Of a stretch of 64,000 nt of DNA, positions 1 through 14,308 are shown piece after piece. The notes under the pieces are model-generated. The model worked only from the letters and a program-made list of their open reading frames with translations, did no database searches and had not been told where the DNA came from. The stretch comes from Yuukianura sp. NJ FZ-2021 (taxonomy: Eukaryota): NCBI GenBank assembly GCA_046563655.1, contig CM102286.1, positions 10,726,001 through 10,790,000 of the forward strand. Reading direction: 5' to 3'. A program made the position numbers and the translations under genes. Position 1 is the first letter of the stretch, and each line of letters opens with the position of its first letter.

Positions 1-630
1 TAGTAGTACTCCTTCAAGCGTCTGCGTGCCTTTAAGTCCTTGTTGCGTTCTTTGAGCCAACATAGGTAGCTGGAAATGACGAAGATGAAGTAAATTATGA
101 TCAAAATGGCTAACACCACCAATGGCACCAAAATCAACGTTTTTTGCCAGGGCCATTCCAGGGCGAAGGGCACTGCAATCCATGACCCATGTAAAACCAC
201 GTCAGAAAATGCTAGTAGCAGCCACCACCATACTCCGCGCTGAGTTTCCTAAAAAAAAGTACAAAGATAAAATAACTTAAATTACAATTTTTGTCGTATT
301 TTTAATTTCATGAAGAATAACTCACTTCCCAAGTGGAGTAGAGAAGAAAAAACGACGGAATTAAGTGGATGACTCTGATGGAAATGGAAACAATCAGCAT
401 GATTCTGTAAACTGCAACAAAAGAAACAGGAAGTTAAGCTCATTTAGTTAGTTAATTAACACCAATTTTCCACTAATTACGATAATTAGGTAAAAACCAA
501 ACTTTGTGTCATTTTTCAATTTACTTTGAATTGGTAGTAGAGGCTCGGTCTCACGCCGAAGCCATTCAAGGTGTGGGATATGTAGGAGAAGAGTTAACAA
601 CAGGGCGGCCGCTGCCAGCAAATCGTAGAC
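1..630 (-). CDS. Three exons (about 630-503, 404-326, 248-1, running off the window) of a small multi-pass membrane protein gene
   Basis: AG/GT-bounded segments join in frame: VYDLLAAAALLLTLLLHIP.. / IMLIVSISIRVIHLIPSFFLLYSTWE / ETQRGVWWWLLLAFSDVVLHGSW..LVPLVVLAILIIIYFIFVISSYLCWLKERNK. Hydrophobic helices followed by a basic tail. Family not identified. Confidence 0.55.
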
Positions 631-3600
631 CTGCAAGAATAAAATCATCAAGATAATTTCAAGCCTTCCAAACACAATATATATAATATATGTCACAAAT
701 TAAAGTATTTTAAAATTTAACATGAATTCTTAAGCCGCATCGCTCTTTGCATCCCCCGTTCAACTCTTGTTCATTTACAGTATTTTAGTATATGTAATAT
801 TTCAATTTACAATTTGTAAATTGCAGATTCATCTTATATTTAACAAGTTGTAAGGAATTTGCAAACAAAAAGAACTTTTTAGCTCGCTTGGCCTCTTGAC
901 TTTTGGCGAATTTTCGCAAGAGCAGTCAAGTATGACGAGGGAAAAAATGTTTGATAATGACGCCGATGTGAGAAAAGTAATTAGGAAGAGGCGGAGAACA
1001 TTTGCAAATATTTGCACACCTTCTGCAAATCCCAAATGCCAAGATGATTCACAAATTACATTTGCAACTATCCAGCCACTCAGGCGCATATTAAGCATCG
1101 ATCAATGTGAATGCAAAGGTCATGACCTTGTTCCAAAATAAAATCCATGCTCAACACACCCAAAACACCACTGACACAAAACAGATTTTGAGAAAAAGAG
1201 TTTTACTGGAGGTTCTGTTCCAGATCTTTAAATTTGCAGAAAGCGCAAAAACTTTCTTAACTGTTAAAGATGACACCAGATTTACTATTTACTATTTCTC
1301 GTTATAGTGTCTTTCTTTCTAACACAAAATCTGCTTTGAGTTTTTGCAAAAAAACTGCTTGCTTAACAAGCACTTCGAACTCAAATGTGAAGGACACCAG
1401 AGCAATAAAGATTCGCAAATAGGAAACGAAGGCTTTTAAAAATGCCAAAGTTGTATTTCAAGTCAAAAGTGCCAATTTTGGCCAAAAAATTGCAAAGTCA
1501 CGAACGTAATCTTGCAACATGATCCCATTGGTTGTTACACTTCCTAAACCATAAGTTAACGCCGGGCTCTCTCACAAAATTTATGTTCTAACATCCATAT
1601 TTTTTTGCTGTAAAAGGTCAATGACCCTGCCCAGGTCAATTTCCTAAATGCAAAAGGTCAGCGGGGGGTACAGCAAGGCGTTGTCTAGCTTTTGACAGGA
1701 TAAATTCCAAAACTAATTTGGAAATGGTATCCGATTCCTTGTTCCTTAAGTTGCGGTTTCTTTTGAACGGGATTTGAATTGGTGTCTAAATTTGGGCGTG
1801 GTTCACTTCCAAATGTAAGATTAGTAAATGCGTATTCCATGTTCTCATATCCAGAAAGTGGACCCTTGGAGATGTGTCACATTTTGGACAGTGACAAATT
1901 TCAACAAGTTCAATCCACGCTAAGAGCTCTTAAAAAGGATCTTAATCCCAGAATCTTGAACACGAGTTTCTCGTTCCGGAAACGAGGCCAAATTTAGCCT
2001 CGCATTGTTGAAGAAGATGAACAACAATGCGGGAAGTCATGCAGACAGATGGAAGGATTTGATAAAATATTACAAGAATAAATCAATCAAAAATATACTT
2101 GAATAGGAATTGTAATAATTTTAATTGCTTCATTCTCATTTTTTTTACTTTTCCTTTTCAAAATTCGAGTACAATTAATCATAAGTGTCAATTAAGACAA
2201 CTGTCAGTCTTTTTCTTGAAGCAGAAGAAAGTTGTTCATCCTTCTTTTCTCAAAAGCAAAAGTTTTTTTTAGTAGAAATTTTTTGCTTTCTCTATCGGAA
2301 ATAATCATATTTATATTAATAGGTATATATAAAAATTTATTAATTAATGAATTATATTCTTACCATTGAAATTATAGCAATATTCCTAGCTCCCTCCTTC
2401 AAGTCCCAATAGCCACAACAACTTTTGACTAGCGTCATACTTCTTTTTTAATTTGTTTTTTTTTTAAATTATCACTATCACCTTTTTCACAAAAATTGGA
2501 AAAAATATTTTGAACTAGGAAAGAAAAGGATATAAAAGTTTGCTAAATCTTGAAATTAGTTTTTAATCCTCAATCCTTTACTCCGTCAGCCTTTATAAGG
2601 AAAAGAAGATGAGTCTGCACTAGGTTTTTGTGGGCATTTGAGATGAGAGTGTATTGATTGCAAATTTGCAAATTGCACGCCTTTGCCAAATCCACTTTAC
2701 TAAATGGATATTGCCAATTTGCAAGATTTTCTTTCCGACAACAACGAAGATCAATAGTAGTTACGGCGATGGTAAAAAGGTTTGCACACTTAAGAATAAA
2801 TTGGCAGTTGTCAGAACAAGACGCCAAAGCACAGTGGAATCGGAGTGGCCGTGAACACCACCGCCGCGGCCGTGATTAACACTCTTATGCAAAAAGACGT
2901 AAAAGCTCCTCTCTCTACATATGGAAGCGTGGTTTTGCGTCTGACATCTCCGTGTCACTGAATTGGTTTCTCTAAATTTCAGTTCAGCACGAGCGCAGAC
3001 AAGGATCGGATTCAGCAAAAACTTTTTTTGCACTATGTGAAACCAAACTCCAAAAATAATGATGACGGAAACAGATGTGGGGAAATAAAAAATTCGGAGT
3101 TGCAAGTTCGAACACAAAAAAAGCTTTCTAAAAAGATAGCTCCCTGGAGGCAGTTTGAGTCAAAATTTTGTCTTTTTTCTCGAACTGTCAAAATTGAAAA
3201 GAACAAATGAGCACGGTTTCCATTGTTCGCCGAACTGAGCTAACGAACTGTCTGGCAACAATGAAAAATGCCCTTTACAATAACAATGGAAAGATGACAC
3301 TAGGCACTGTTTTCTTGTAGAGAAAAGTCGAGGGGTACTTGACCTTGAGGGGTCACTTTTGACCTTTATCTTGATGAATGGAACTTAACACTTAACCTTA
3401 ACACTCTGGATCACTTGAATTTTTCTGGAAGACCCTTAAAAGGGCTCTGCGAAGGGAAGAGTTGGGGGGATGAAGATGATGTTGCTAAGAGCGGCTCCCG
3501 GTGCGAAGTGGTTCCTTCGGAGGAAGTCAAGTCTCAAATTATATGATCTTCCCTTGTAAGGATTTTGAAAAAAGTGGTATTTGGAGTTAGTCATAAGCTC

Positions 3601-6600
3601 ATACAGTAATTCAATCAACATGCAATTAGTCACACATATTTTTGGACCAACGAAACTGAATTATGTACGGTACTTATTCCATATTTCCAATGTGATACAA
3701 TAAATTGCCAATACGAGAGAGAATAGGAAAATGAATTTGAAACACGAATTGTCTTCCAGGTTTTGCCTTCTGAGTGTTGTTTAGCGCTAAACGTCTGTTT
3801 ACCAAATTGTGGTTGAGCTGATTTTTATTTGGCTAATTGACGTTTACTAAGCGTCTTTAGCGTGGAGAAATGTCTTAGAAGGAAGTATGGAGAATTTAGT
3901 GCAGGGGTGGAACGAATTTGCCTGGAACCATATGCAACCAAACTCTTTTTCCGTTTTACCGACTTCGGAAGTTAAAATTTCATCAAACGCAGCATATAAC
4001 TTTTTGTTAAAAACAAACTGAAACTTCAACCCGAAACCGATTTGTGATATTGTAGTTTTTTTTTCTGAATCGACATCTTGGAAAGTCCGCTTCATCACCC
4101 AGTTTTCATAGATCATTCATCTCCAATAAACAAAACTTCATTCACTGGATCCTCCATTTTCAAAACAGAGAAAATGTTGGAAGTAGAAATTTTGAACAAA
4201 AAAGAAGGAGAATGGAAATGGGTTTTGGTTAGAATGAGGATTGATTTAAAAACCAGTTGGAGAATGAATGATTTATGAAAGAAACTGATTCCAAAACCAT
4301 TTGAGCTCAAAAGATAAATAGTTTTAGCAGAACATAAATAAAATTTAACCAAAAGCAAATCATTTCAAATGACCGTATTGAAGATTTTTTCAAAAAAAAA
4401 TTTATTTTAGGACGAACTGTCGCTTGCTTCTAAAATTCTGAACAGCTATTACTAATTGGCTTTTTCCAAGGTGTTGAGAGGTTGTCACCTTTGCCTTCTG
4501 TAATCGTAAATTGTTGTGGGAAAAGAATAGAGTAAAGGTGAGTAAAGTCCTTCCCCTAACGTGAATCTTTTCATTTGAAAAATTAACGGCTTTCAACCCA
4601 CTCCCACGTTTTAAAAAAAGTGGCGAGGGAGTGTAAATTTCGGATTTATGGAAATGTCCAAAATTTAAGGAAACTTGCTCCTCTAAACTCGCTCCAAAGA
4701 ACAAGACATTAACTTGTGCACGACAGAGATGTTGAAAAAAAGAGACAAAAAAAGTTGCATAAAATGCAAATGAGATGATCATGTAACAAATATTCTTTTT
4801 TAAAGCAAGAACAGGGTTTTTAAGTTTTAAAAAATGGAAACAAAGGGACAACGCCCAAAAGTCATTCTGAAGGCCTCTAATGATTTGTACCAAATAGGCA
4901 TTTCCTTATGACAGCAAAAATAGTCAAATCAAAAAGTTCAACAAAAAAGAAGTAAGCAAAGTTTTATTAATGCAAAACACAGACACACAAAGGTCAAACA
5001 CGAAGAGACACAAAGGTCATTATAACTAGTTTTATTTAATTTTTTTAGCGTTTTACGCTTCCCTTTCCAAATTTCCAAAAGTTTCGCTTCGTTTGTGACA
5101 GATCACGTCCTTAATTTCGGATCCTCTTTTTAAAAAAAATGAAAGGAAGTAGAAACGTGATCACCCCGATGCGTCGAAATCAACTGCGTCAGCATCCCAG
5201 GTCAACGACACAGTCACGCTTTACCGCCACGCAACTCTTTCCAAATAAAAAAAAACGCAGGATATATGTTTTTATTCAGTTATGTCGTGTAGCATTGGCA
5301 TGTTGTGTAATCGAAGCGACTTTGAAGTTATTTTGGCACGATTCTTAGATTTGTTTGCCAAATGCTTCGTCTGAGCTTTGCACCTTTCAACTTGCAGGAG
5401 TTTCCTGGATCTGATTTCACTTTGGCATCAATTCATGAACTGCGAAGGTCAAAGGTCATGTCTGGCTCCAATTTCCGTAAACATATCTAAATTGGTTCTG
5501 TGTGGGTGGCATGTCATTGGCACACGCAACTCTCACAAAGTGTCACTGAACAGACACGTTAAGATCAAGAAATATCGTGAATGTCACACACGATGCACTC
5601 AAAGGTTTAAAAAAAAGGAAGAACATTTTTACTCAAAATGAAACTAGTCAAAATATTTCCATTTTGAAAAACACGATTTTTTTTCAAGACATTTTCGTTG
5701 GTGCTGACTCATGTATCCCTTTCAAAAGTTAATGGAAAAAAAATTCACGCACTGAAGAAATAACACCCCACCCCTAACTCCCACTCACAGAATTTGCAAC
5801 AATGCAAAGATTTTGCAAAGGAGTAAACACGACGCGTCAGTTGCAAAAATTCTCTGGCTCAAAAGGGAACATTCGCATCATCTGCTACCTCCTCTATTGC
5901 TATTTTCATTGCTTTTATTATTGTTTTCTAAAAACTTATTTCAACAAGTCCTCGATTGAGTCTAACATTGTTTAAACTTTCAAATAACTCAGATTTTTGG
6001 AAATCAAACTCAACCTTCTCAACGGTAAGCATTTTACTCCTGAGGATGACTTTATTTTAGCATGCTAATCTACAGTAACAGTTAAAATCTGACGCTGGAT
6101 TGTACTCCAGCTTGGAATTTGACTAATTTTAACTTTGCTTCTTTGTCGCAACATTTTTTTTCAAAACTTTTTGTTTCCCATAAGTTTCATACGAGTGTAA
6201 ATTAAAGTCACAACATTTGCACTTTTTTAAGAAAAGTTAAAGTTTACGGAAAGTTGTAATCAGAGGAGAAACAAAAAGAGCAGTGAAAGTTACATTGAAG
6301 ACAGTTAATGATTAATTATTTCTAAGTAAGGTATTTAAGTCGTGCATTTTCTTAGCTAACCAACGTGCCAGGGATAATTTTAGAAGAGAAAACGAACACA
6401 AACGTGCCAATCTTCGTCTTCTCAATTAACAACAAAAGTGTTCAATTTCTAACTCAAAACAATTCTTTTGTATTTCGATGACTCTCTTAACTCCTCCAAA
6501 AATGATCATTTAATTATTTCATAACTATTCTCCACAGTCATTAAATTACCTTGAGAAAGTCTCCAATTGGCAACACAATTTTTTGTGCTCTGAAATTTCC

Positions 6601-9600
6601 AATGACAAATCAAAACCGAATTCAATATTTGAACTTTAGTAAGAATTCATTTCCAAAAAACTATAGTTAAGCTTGCGAGTACCGGGTAGATTCAAATATG
6701 TTTAGGTAGAAACTATATATGCTTCGTGTGATCAACATTTCATTTTCATTCCACACAAACCCACCTTTGACATTCACGAAAAACTTAGGACTCGATTGAG
6801 AATTCTAATCTAAATTTTAATTATTATTTCGCGGCTGCTCTACACGTTATTTAAAAAATTGAAAATACTAGGAACAATTTTATAAATACTTCCGGTATTG
6901 CATTGATCGCAGTGTGTCAGGCTATGTATTGGCACAATACTTTTTTGTCTAAAAATGTAGAATCACATATCTTGTAGAATCAACACGAATCTTGTGAAAA
7001 GAAACAAATTACGAAATATATTGCGGCTGGCTTAATTCATAATGGAGCAGGATCTGCGGCTTTTGGTTTTTTTTTCAAAATGTGTCATAATTTGAGTGCT
7101 AAGTATTCTAGTATATTAGTTTTCCTTTCTGTGCCGGAAGTAAAAAAGACTAAAACAAAAGGATTTTGGTATTTAGTTGCCAGTTCGACAGAGGCCACAG
7201 GGACTTCACATGTCAAAGTACAAATTGCATATGAATTATGCATTTCACTTTCATTTCGTAACACGCAAGTCAACAGGATCAACCTGACTTGAATTTTAAA
7301 TCAAACGTGTAAATTAAATTTTAAAAAATGTGGATATAAATATCAAAACTAAAACCACTTTTTGCCAAAATATTAAAACATTAAAGTATGTTTAATGTCT
7401 ATGTACCTTTGTTGGCTGAGTCCTTGCAATATATAGCAATGTTCTTTGAAATGTGGGTCACGGTGACCACCAGCGTGTCACTGGTGGCGTTGTCAATTTG
7501 GTGGACCATGTCCAACCTGTACATTTTTGGCAACCATCGTCTCTAGGTTTTGGTTCATAAAAGTACAGAGAAGTGCGTGTGCAAAATGTGAGATTGTTTG
7601 ACACTTTGGCAGGAGGTTGACCAAGTGGAAATTCATCTTTGCCAAAATCTCTCCATTTTTGTACTGTCTCTGCTCATTAAAGTGATGCATTTGGCACTAA
7701 TGACTTTTCTGAGACACAAAGTCACAAGCAATCCTGATTACATCAAGATCTTAGACTTTAAATTATATCTTATACTTTGGCGTTGCATAAACATTAGAAA
7801 ACAGAAGGTTAAAGTTTTAAAAGTTTTGGAAGTAAACTTAAAACAAATATTAATCGATCTTTTCACAGAAATTAGGCATAACCAAAGCTGAAATTTTGTT
7901 TCATTGCATATTCAGCTTGATGTTTTTCAAATAGATCAACGATACTCTGAAATTCGCAATATTTTTTGCATCAATGGGTTTGGCTTGTCCTCTTTTCAAC
8001 ATTGAACTCTGCCCTTGAATTAATACCTGAACATTATTGACCTTTTTGACACTTAATTGCTTTCCAAATCGTATTTAAAAATCAAAGTACTTAACATTGA
8101 AAGGCAGAAAATTATGATTTGACTTTTAAAAGTTTGATACATTCCGTTAGGCTTCGAAGGTTGCTCAGAAAATAATTGCAAAGTTTTGAAATTTTAATTT
8201 AGGGTTTGGATTTCCAAAATTGGCACAACTAACACACTTGGAGTGTGGAGTGTGGTTGCGCATAAACGGACCTTATAGGAATAGTTAATCTTTTGGTTGC
8301 TTGAAGTGACTGAGAGAATAATTACATTGGTTTAACCCAAATTCTAAAGCACGGATTATGCACAAACACAAAACTTCGCAGATTCGCAAATTTTTTTAGA
8401 ACCGAAGGTGTGTCTTTTCTTTGAAGTCAAAAATCACTCCGTGGCTTGACCTAATTCTGTAAAGTTTAATTTTAGGCAACCGTCGTGGTAGTTAATCATA
8501 GCAACAATTTTAAAATACATACATCTCTTTTTTATTTATAATTATGGAATTACAATTAAAATGTTATTGAGAACTTGTTATTAGTTAGAAGTTTAAGAAT
8601 TTGTCCTCCTGAGCAAAAGTGATCTCGCAAGGAAATACTCACCAAATTGCTTCGGTCGAGTCTGTTCATTGTGCAATTAGTTTTAGTTAGTTCGTACCAT
8701 ACATTGTTTCAGTTTGCAATTAGCTTTACTCAAGTTAAAGTGCTTAAGGGTGTCGTTTGTGTTAACTGTGTAGTATCACAACAAAAATACGTTTGTACCA
8801 TCATGCCAATTTTAAGTGCCAATTTCAGCTCAAAATTCTTCTATCTTTAACGCTTTCTCCACTGCTCCAAAAATCAATGACCCGCATTTTGGCAATGGCG
8901 GTTTCCATTGTTAAATTGGCGAATTTTCAAAAATAAGACAAAACGAAAGGAGTTTTAATGATTTTTTCTCTCACGCTGTAAAATCTTTTTGACTGAATAG
9001 TATCTTCAACAGGGAATTGAAACTGAATTTCAATATTAAAACACCAATTTTAAAATTCTACAACTCATGAATAATTTATTTATTTAAAATATTGCAAAGT
9101 CTCAACTCCTAAATATCTTGGAAGAACGGAAGTTCAGAGGTCATTGTCTTCAAGTCTGCTTCTTCCGTTTCTCAGGTTGAGACGAGACTTCAAAAAGTCT
9201 TTTAAAAAATCTCTCCCTTTCATTTGAAGTCCAATTGTTTCTGGGCAGAGATCAAGATCTACCGTGGGAGTTCCAAGTGTTTCCTCTTCAATTAACCATA
9301 ATTTCCTTCACCTTTTCATTACTCATCTTAACCTTCAAAAAGTAAAACTACAAAAAAAAAACTACTCCTCGTTTACAGTTTTGTTTCTTTCACTAAAACA
9401 AGAAAAGAAAAAGAAAAAACAAGTTTCTAAAAAATTGAAATTGAATCCTTGCGTGTCCTGTCATACGCAACGGTACATGAGTAACTCCTCAACTCATCAA
9501 ATTCTATTCCAATTAACTTTTAAAGTCTTCAATTACTTTTTGAAACTTCTTGAACTGTGATTCCAGTGGAATTACAATGCGTTCCCTCTAGAATTCTCTT

Positions 9601-10741
9601 AACCCTACGAATACGATACATCATGGTAACATAAATCGTGGACCAAAGCCATGCCTTTACCCCATACTCCGATGAATATTAATTCAACTAACGGAATAAT
9701 GCTAGTCTGTGATTTGTGCTTCAACTATCTCACAGTTTCCTTTCTGAGATCTTAAACAGTACAGCCGAATTTTCTTTCTCACGAAATCACTTTGCATTTC
9801 ATTTTGCTCAACAACCACGAACGGAACAACAACAAAAAAGCTCGCAACAAAAACTTACTGTAAGCATCTTTCACTTTGTTTTAAACTCTTGCATAAAATC
9901 AACAAGAATTTTTTAAATTTTGTGTTTTAAAACATTCGTACAAGTAAGTTGTGACACATTAAAATGTTTTAGCATTTTTAGCATTTTAGAAGTTGAGTTA
10001 TTGTAGGAGTTGAGTTGTAAATGTTCCAAAGTTTGAAATTCCAATTCCGTGTAGAATTAGCTTCAAAAAGTGAGAAGTATTATTTTGAATTAAGTTGTAA
10101 ATGCGCATTTTGGAAACTGAGAATTCTGTGCCATTTTGAGTTTGGTTATGTTTACAGTTAAGTCTAAATTCGATTCAATTTTTTGTAGGTTGCAGGAAGA
10201 GGGTGAATTGGATGCTGGTGATTTCCTTAAGCCCAAGAAGTGCTGTTGGCGAAGAAGGAAGTGTTGCGTATCCAAAAGTGTTTTTTTTAAAGTGCGAATC
10301 CCATGAGAACACAATGGGAGACGATGACTCTGGCTGTCAATCCTACGAAGTAACCAACCACTTCAATGTGAACCGTTATTACTAAACTTCAAGTGGACGC
10401 TGGACTGTCGCACAAACTCTACATGTCAATTGTTCATTGGTTGCGGTCGTTCGGCGCACATTCCGACTAATTTTACATTGTTGTGGTTGTTCTGCGCAAA
10501 GTTAGACTAATTTTACTTTGTTGTGGTTGTTCTGCGGCAGTTGTGTCAAAAAGGACTTGAAAATTGCGAGTCGTTGTGATTGAGAAATTGACAAGTGAAC
10601 TGACTTGAGTACTTTCTCGTGTGAAATCTGCAAGTACAGTTTGTTTCTACAAGTGATTTGAAACGTTAACAACAATCACTGTCAACTCTCAACATTTCAG
10701 ATAAGCTTCGAAAAAAAAAACTTCTTCTCTTTGAAAAAAAA

Positions 10742-13700
10742 ATGCCAGCAGAGTGGGAAGACGAGTTTTGGAACTCCGATCAATCAGAATTATGCAACGG
10801 AGATGTAAGCAAAACTTGAAAAAAAAAACAGACTAAATTGCCGCTGACAGTGAAAGGGAGAAGAAAGTTTTTTTTTTTTTTATATCAAAAAGCATCCAAA
10901 ACCATCTAAATTGCGTTTTCGCTACGTTGAATCTATTTCGAGCCAATTTTTTTCTGAAATAAAGTTTATCCAAATTGAAATCAAAACCTAACGTAGAATT
11001 AACAAATTGTTTTCAGAGCAAGAAGAAAGGGAATGGCGCAGGGATTACTCTACGACCACCATTGTACAATGCAGAAGACTACATCGCTGCTCTAAAACTT
11101 TTGTTTTCCTCACACTGTCACCCACATCCTTCAGTAGGACAAACAAAGGTCAAAGGTCAAATTCCTGTAGAACATGTAGGGCAAATGCCGTTGACCTCTG
11201 GACAAGGTCAGCAAGGATCGCCCAAGAGCAGAAATGACCGAGAATTTCCAGTAACACCACCGGAAATGACGATGCGCAAGTTTCTAAATGGAAGTGAACT
11301 TCTGTTCAAACTGGAGGCCGACCTTCGCCATGCGTATCCAACATTTGTCCAGGAATTTGTATCGGTTCACTGCGAAGGAGTTTTGCATACACTCGAGGCG
11401 TTGAAATTGATTCAAACAGCTCTTGACGAGGTGAACGGACTTCGGGAACAACGGAAACTATTCATGGACGAACAGAAATGTCTGCAATGTCTTCGACTTT
11501 GTCTCAGGTAGGAATTTCAAAAACAATTGCAACCTATTAAAAAATTTGAGTCAAATGTGACTCAGACGTGTTTGAACCCTATAAGATTCGACTTGTTATT
11601 GTATTTCAAAGATTCTTCAGTTTTCATGATTTTTCAGCAAAAGCTTGTTATAATTTATTTAAATTATGTTTAATTTATTCTAATTTTTTTAAAGAAATAT
11701 CGAAGCCGTGTCAAAATTGTCGACCTATCCAGGCGGACTTTATCCAATCGCTGCCGCAACAGTGTCAACCGTAACAGCCACACGAATAATTGCACTCGAG
11801 GTAAAAACGTTTTGCGTATTTGACTTCTATTTGGCTTTATGCTTTTATCCAATACCTTTTTGAATTGTTTCAAATAGATCCTGACCTGCATTTGTTCCGA
11901 AGGTGGCTCTGATGGTCACTTCAAAGTATCCGAAGCAATTTCCACTCTGCGTTTGCGCCTCGGTGAACCTATTCGCTGCAAGCTCCTCATTGGCGCAATT
12001 TCTTCAGCTGCACCAGGGGCATTCCAGGCCAGAGGAATTCGGTTTCTTACGGCTTGGGTTGCTTCGGCTCCTAGTCCTCGACACAAAGTTCACATTCAGT
12101 GTGAACTGGAAGAAGCTGGCTTCTCTCCCGCTGCACTACGAAGGGTTGGTTCACTGTTACAATTGTTACAATTTTGTAACTCTAACTATTATATGAGTAA
12201 CAATGTTACGTTATTGCAGGGAGCCGAATTGGGAGGAGCTCGAGAGGCGCGTCAAGTCCAATCCGAGTTGGACAGCTGGGATCGCGTTGCCATTGACGTC
12301 GACACGCTCACCAGACAAAACTCTCAGCTCAGAAACAGTGTAGCGACACTTCAGCAGGAGCTGGCGACATTAAAGGACAAACTCAAAGTAAGACTCTCAG
12401 AAGCTGATTGTAAGTCAAGTGAACTAGGATCGTGTCATAATTGGTTTAAATTTTCAGCGAATGGATCCATACCCCCCAAAAGCCGAAGAAGTTCGACGAA
12501 GAACGCCGAAACCAAAACGAACCGAAGAGTTGGCAACGACTCCAGCCGATTCCGAAGAAGAAGCGGAGCAGATTCATCAAATTTTGGAGGATTTGAACAA
12601 TATTGTAAATTCAGAATTGAACTTGGCAAACGAACAGAAGAGTTCCAAATCCAAATCGTCGAAAACAATCGAAAGCGATATTGTTCCCGTTCATCTTGTA
12701 AATCCTCCTAAAAAAGCAAGTGGAAAGCAAGGACCAATGTCGCCACTCGAGGTCACAACACGACCATGGCCAGGGTCATCTGCCAGTGACGATGATGATG
12801 AGTCCGACTTGGCTCAGACGCCAAGTCCCAAAATGAATCCAAAGGCCGACGGGAATGAGTCTAGCAAAACCAAAAACGTGAGAAAAGTGGTCCAGGCTTT
12901 AGAAAATACACATCCTAAACTCTACTTTAAACATGGCGAGTCTAAGGTCAATTCAGGTCAAAGATCAGCCTCGGGAAACTCTAAAAGGGACTATCAACTG
13001 CTTAATTTTCACAAACAGAATCACATGGCCAATAAGTTTGCAAATTTCAAAAGCTCCAAACTCTACGCATCAAGTCCCGACAACAGTTGCAGTGGTAGCC
13101 AACAGCAGGATCCGCCTCCGTCTCCGTCTTTCTACCAATCAGAGAGCAAGAAAGCAGAAGTGGGAGGAGTCAAAGGGCTCCGCCGTTCGGAATCGCTTCA
13201 TACTTCACTAGTATCCATCCCAGGCGCAGGAAATTTCGGTTCCACGTTTGGAAGCAAGTCGAGCAGCAAGTCATCACCGAAAGGTCAATCCCGATCAAAG
13301 TCCAAAGGTCAAGCTGTCGTATTGGACAAATGGAAATCTGTCGATGACCTTGACATGGATGACAACTTTACACTACGCTGGAAGTATCCCAATGCAGAAC
13401 TTAAGAACGTTGAAGTGAAGGCTTTTCAGGATAAGGTCAAAGGGAAATCGAGTGGAAGGGATGGTGGAGGCAGAATTTTTGAGTTGTTTAACGATTACCG
13501 TCAAAACCGTTTTTCAAAGAGCAATGGAGAGGGGTCACGCGGTTCAAGTGGATCGCCTGTTAGCAGAAGTTCGAATCAACCAGCAAGTATCTTTAGTATT
13601 GGAAAGTACTCGAAGAAGTCATCGCAAAGTGTTCCAGGAGTAAATAACCCCAAGGACCCCGCTAGCAGTGACAAGGACCTAAAGATGTTTAGCCTTCCTC

Positions 13701-13771
13701 CAATTTTTGTTTCTCAGGGCATTGACCTCATGACCCACCGAATCTGTGACCTCCCATCAGGATTGTACTAA
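10742..13771 (+). CDS. mwh: multiple wing hairs-like GBD/FH3-domain protein, 6 coding exons (10742-10804, 11017-11507, 11695-11800, 11878-12144, 12220-12387, 12458-13771), 802 aa, intact
   Basis: Exon lengths sum to 803 codons with consistent phases and GT-AG borders. Motifs PPLYNAEDY, ELLFKLEADLRHAYPTFVQEFV, DEQKCLQCL, LRLRLGEPIR, IQCELEEAG and C-terminal DLPSGLY match my recollection of arthropod Mwh. Confidence 0.8.
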
Positions 13772-14308
13772 AGAAATGAATAGTTGCAAACCAAACAGCG
13801 AGGGCTTCTTTCAGAGTTGCGAACCTAAAGTATGAAGAATAATCGAATTTGAATATAAGAAAAACACCCAAACCTCCATTTATACTTCCATTTATTTTTA
13901 GGCAGATCAAAATTATATAACTTACAGTATAAATCCAAAGATTTACTTACAACGATGTATAGCGCAAATTCGTAGAATACATGTATGATAATTATATTTT
14001 AAATAAAACCGATTACAAATACAAGCCTTGACGTTTCACCCTGAAAGAGTTGACCTACCGGGATATATTCAATAACATTCAACGCATACACAACTAAATT
14101 CTGTTTTGCAAATACGTTTGTATCCATTCAAATTTATTTCATATTTTGTTGAAAATTCTTTTCTTTTTTTAATGCTACCATTTTATCCTATTTCTTATTT
14201 TCAGTTTACCATTTTTACAACACGATCGAACTTTTTCCTAGAAGGTGCAACGTTAACCTGTTTTTTGAAGTCTCACTTGGAGTCCACGGCATCATCTAAA
14301 CAGCAATA

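Noticed and set aside
800..10400. Many short ORFs of 60-163 aa
   Set aside because: No recognisable domains or consistent exon chain; probably intronic or regulatory DNA, although unrecognised small exons cannot be excluded.
11953..12711. 252-aa ORF as a separate overlapping gene
   Set aside because: It is mwh exons 4-5 read through a 75-nt stop-free intron and then out of frame; not preserved in copy 2.
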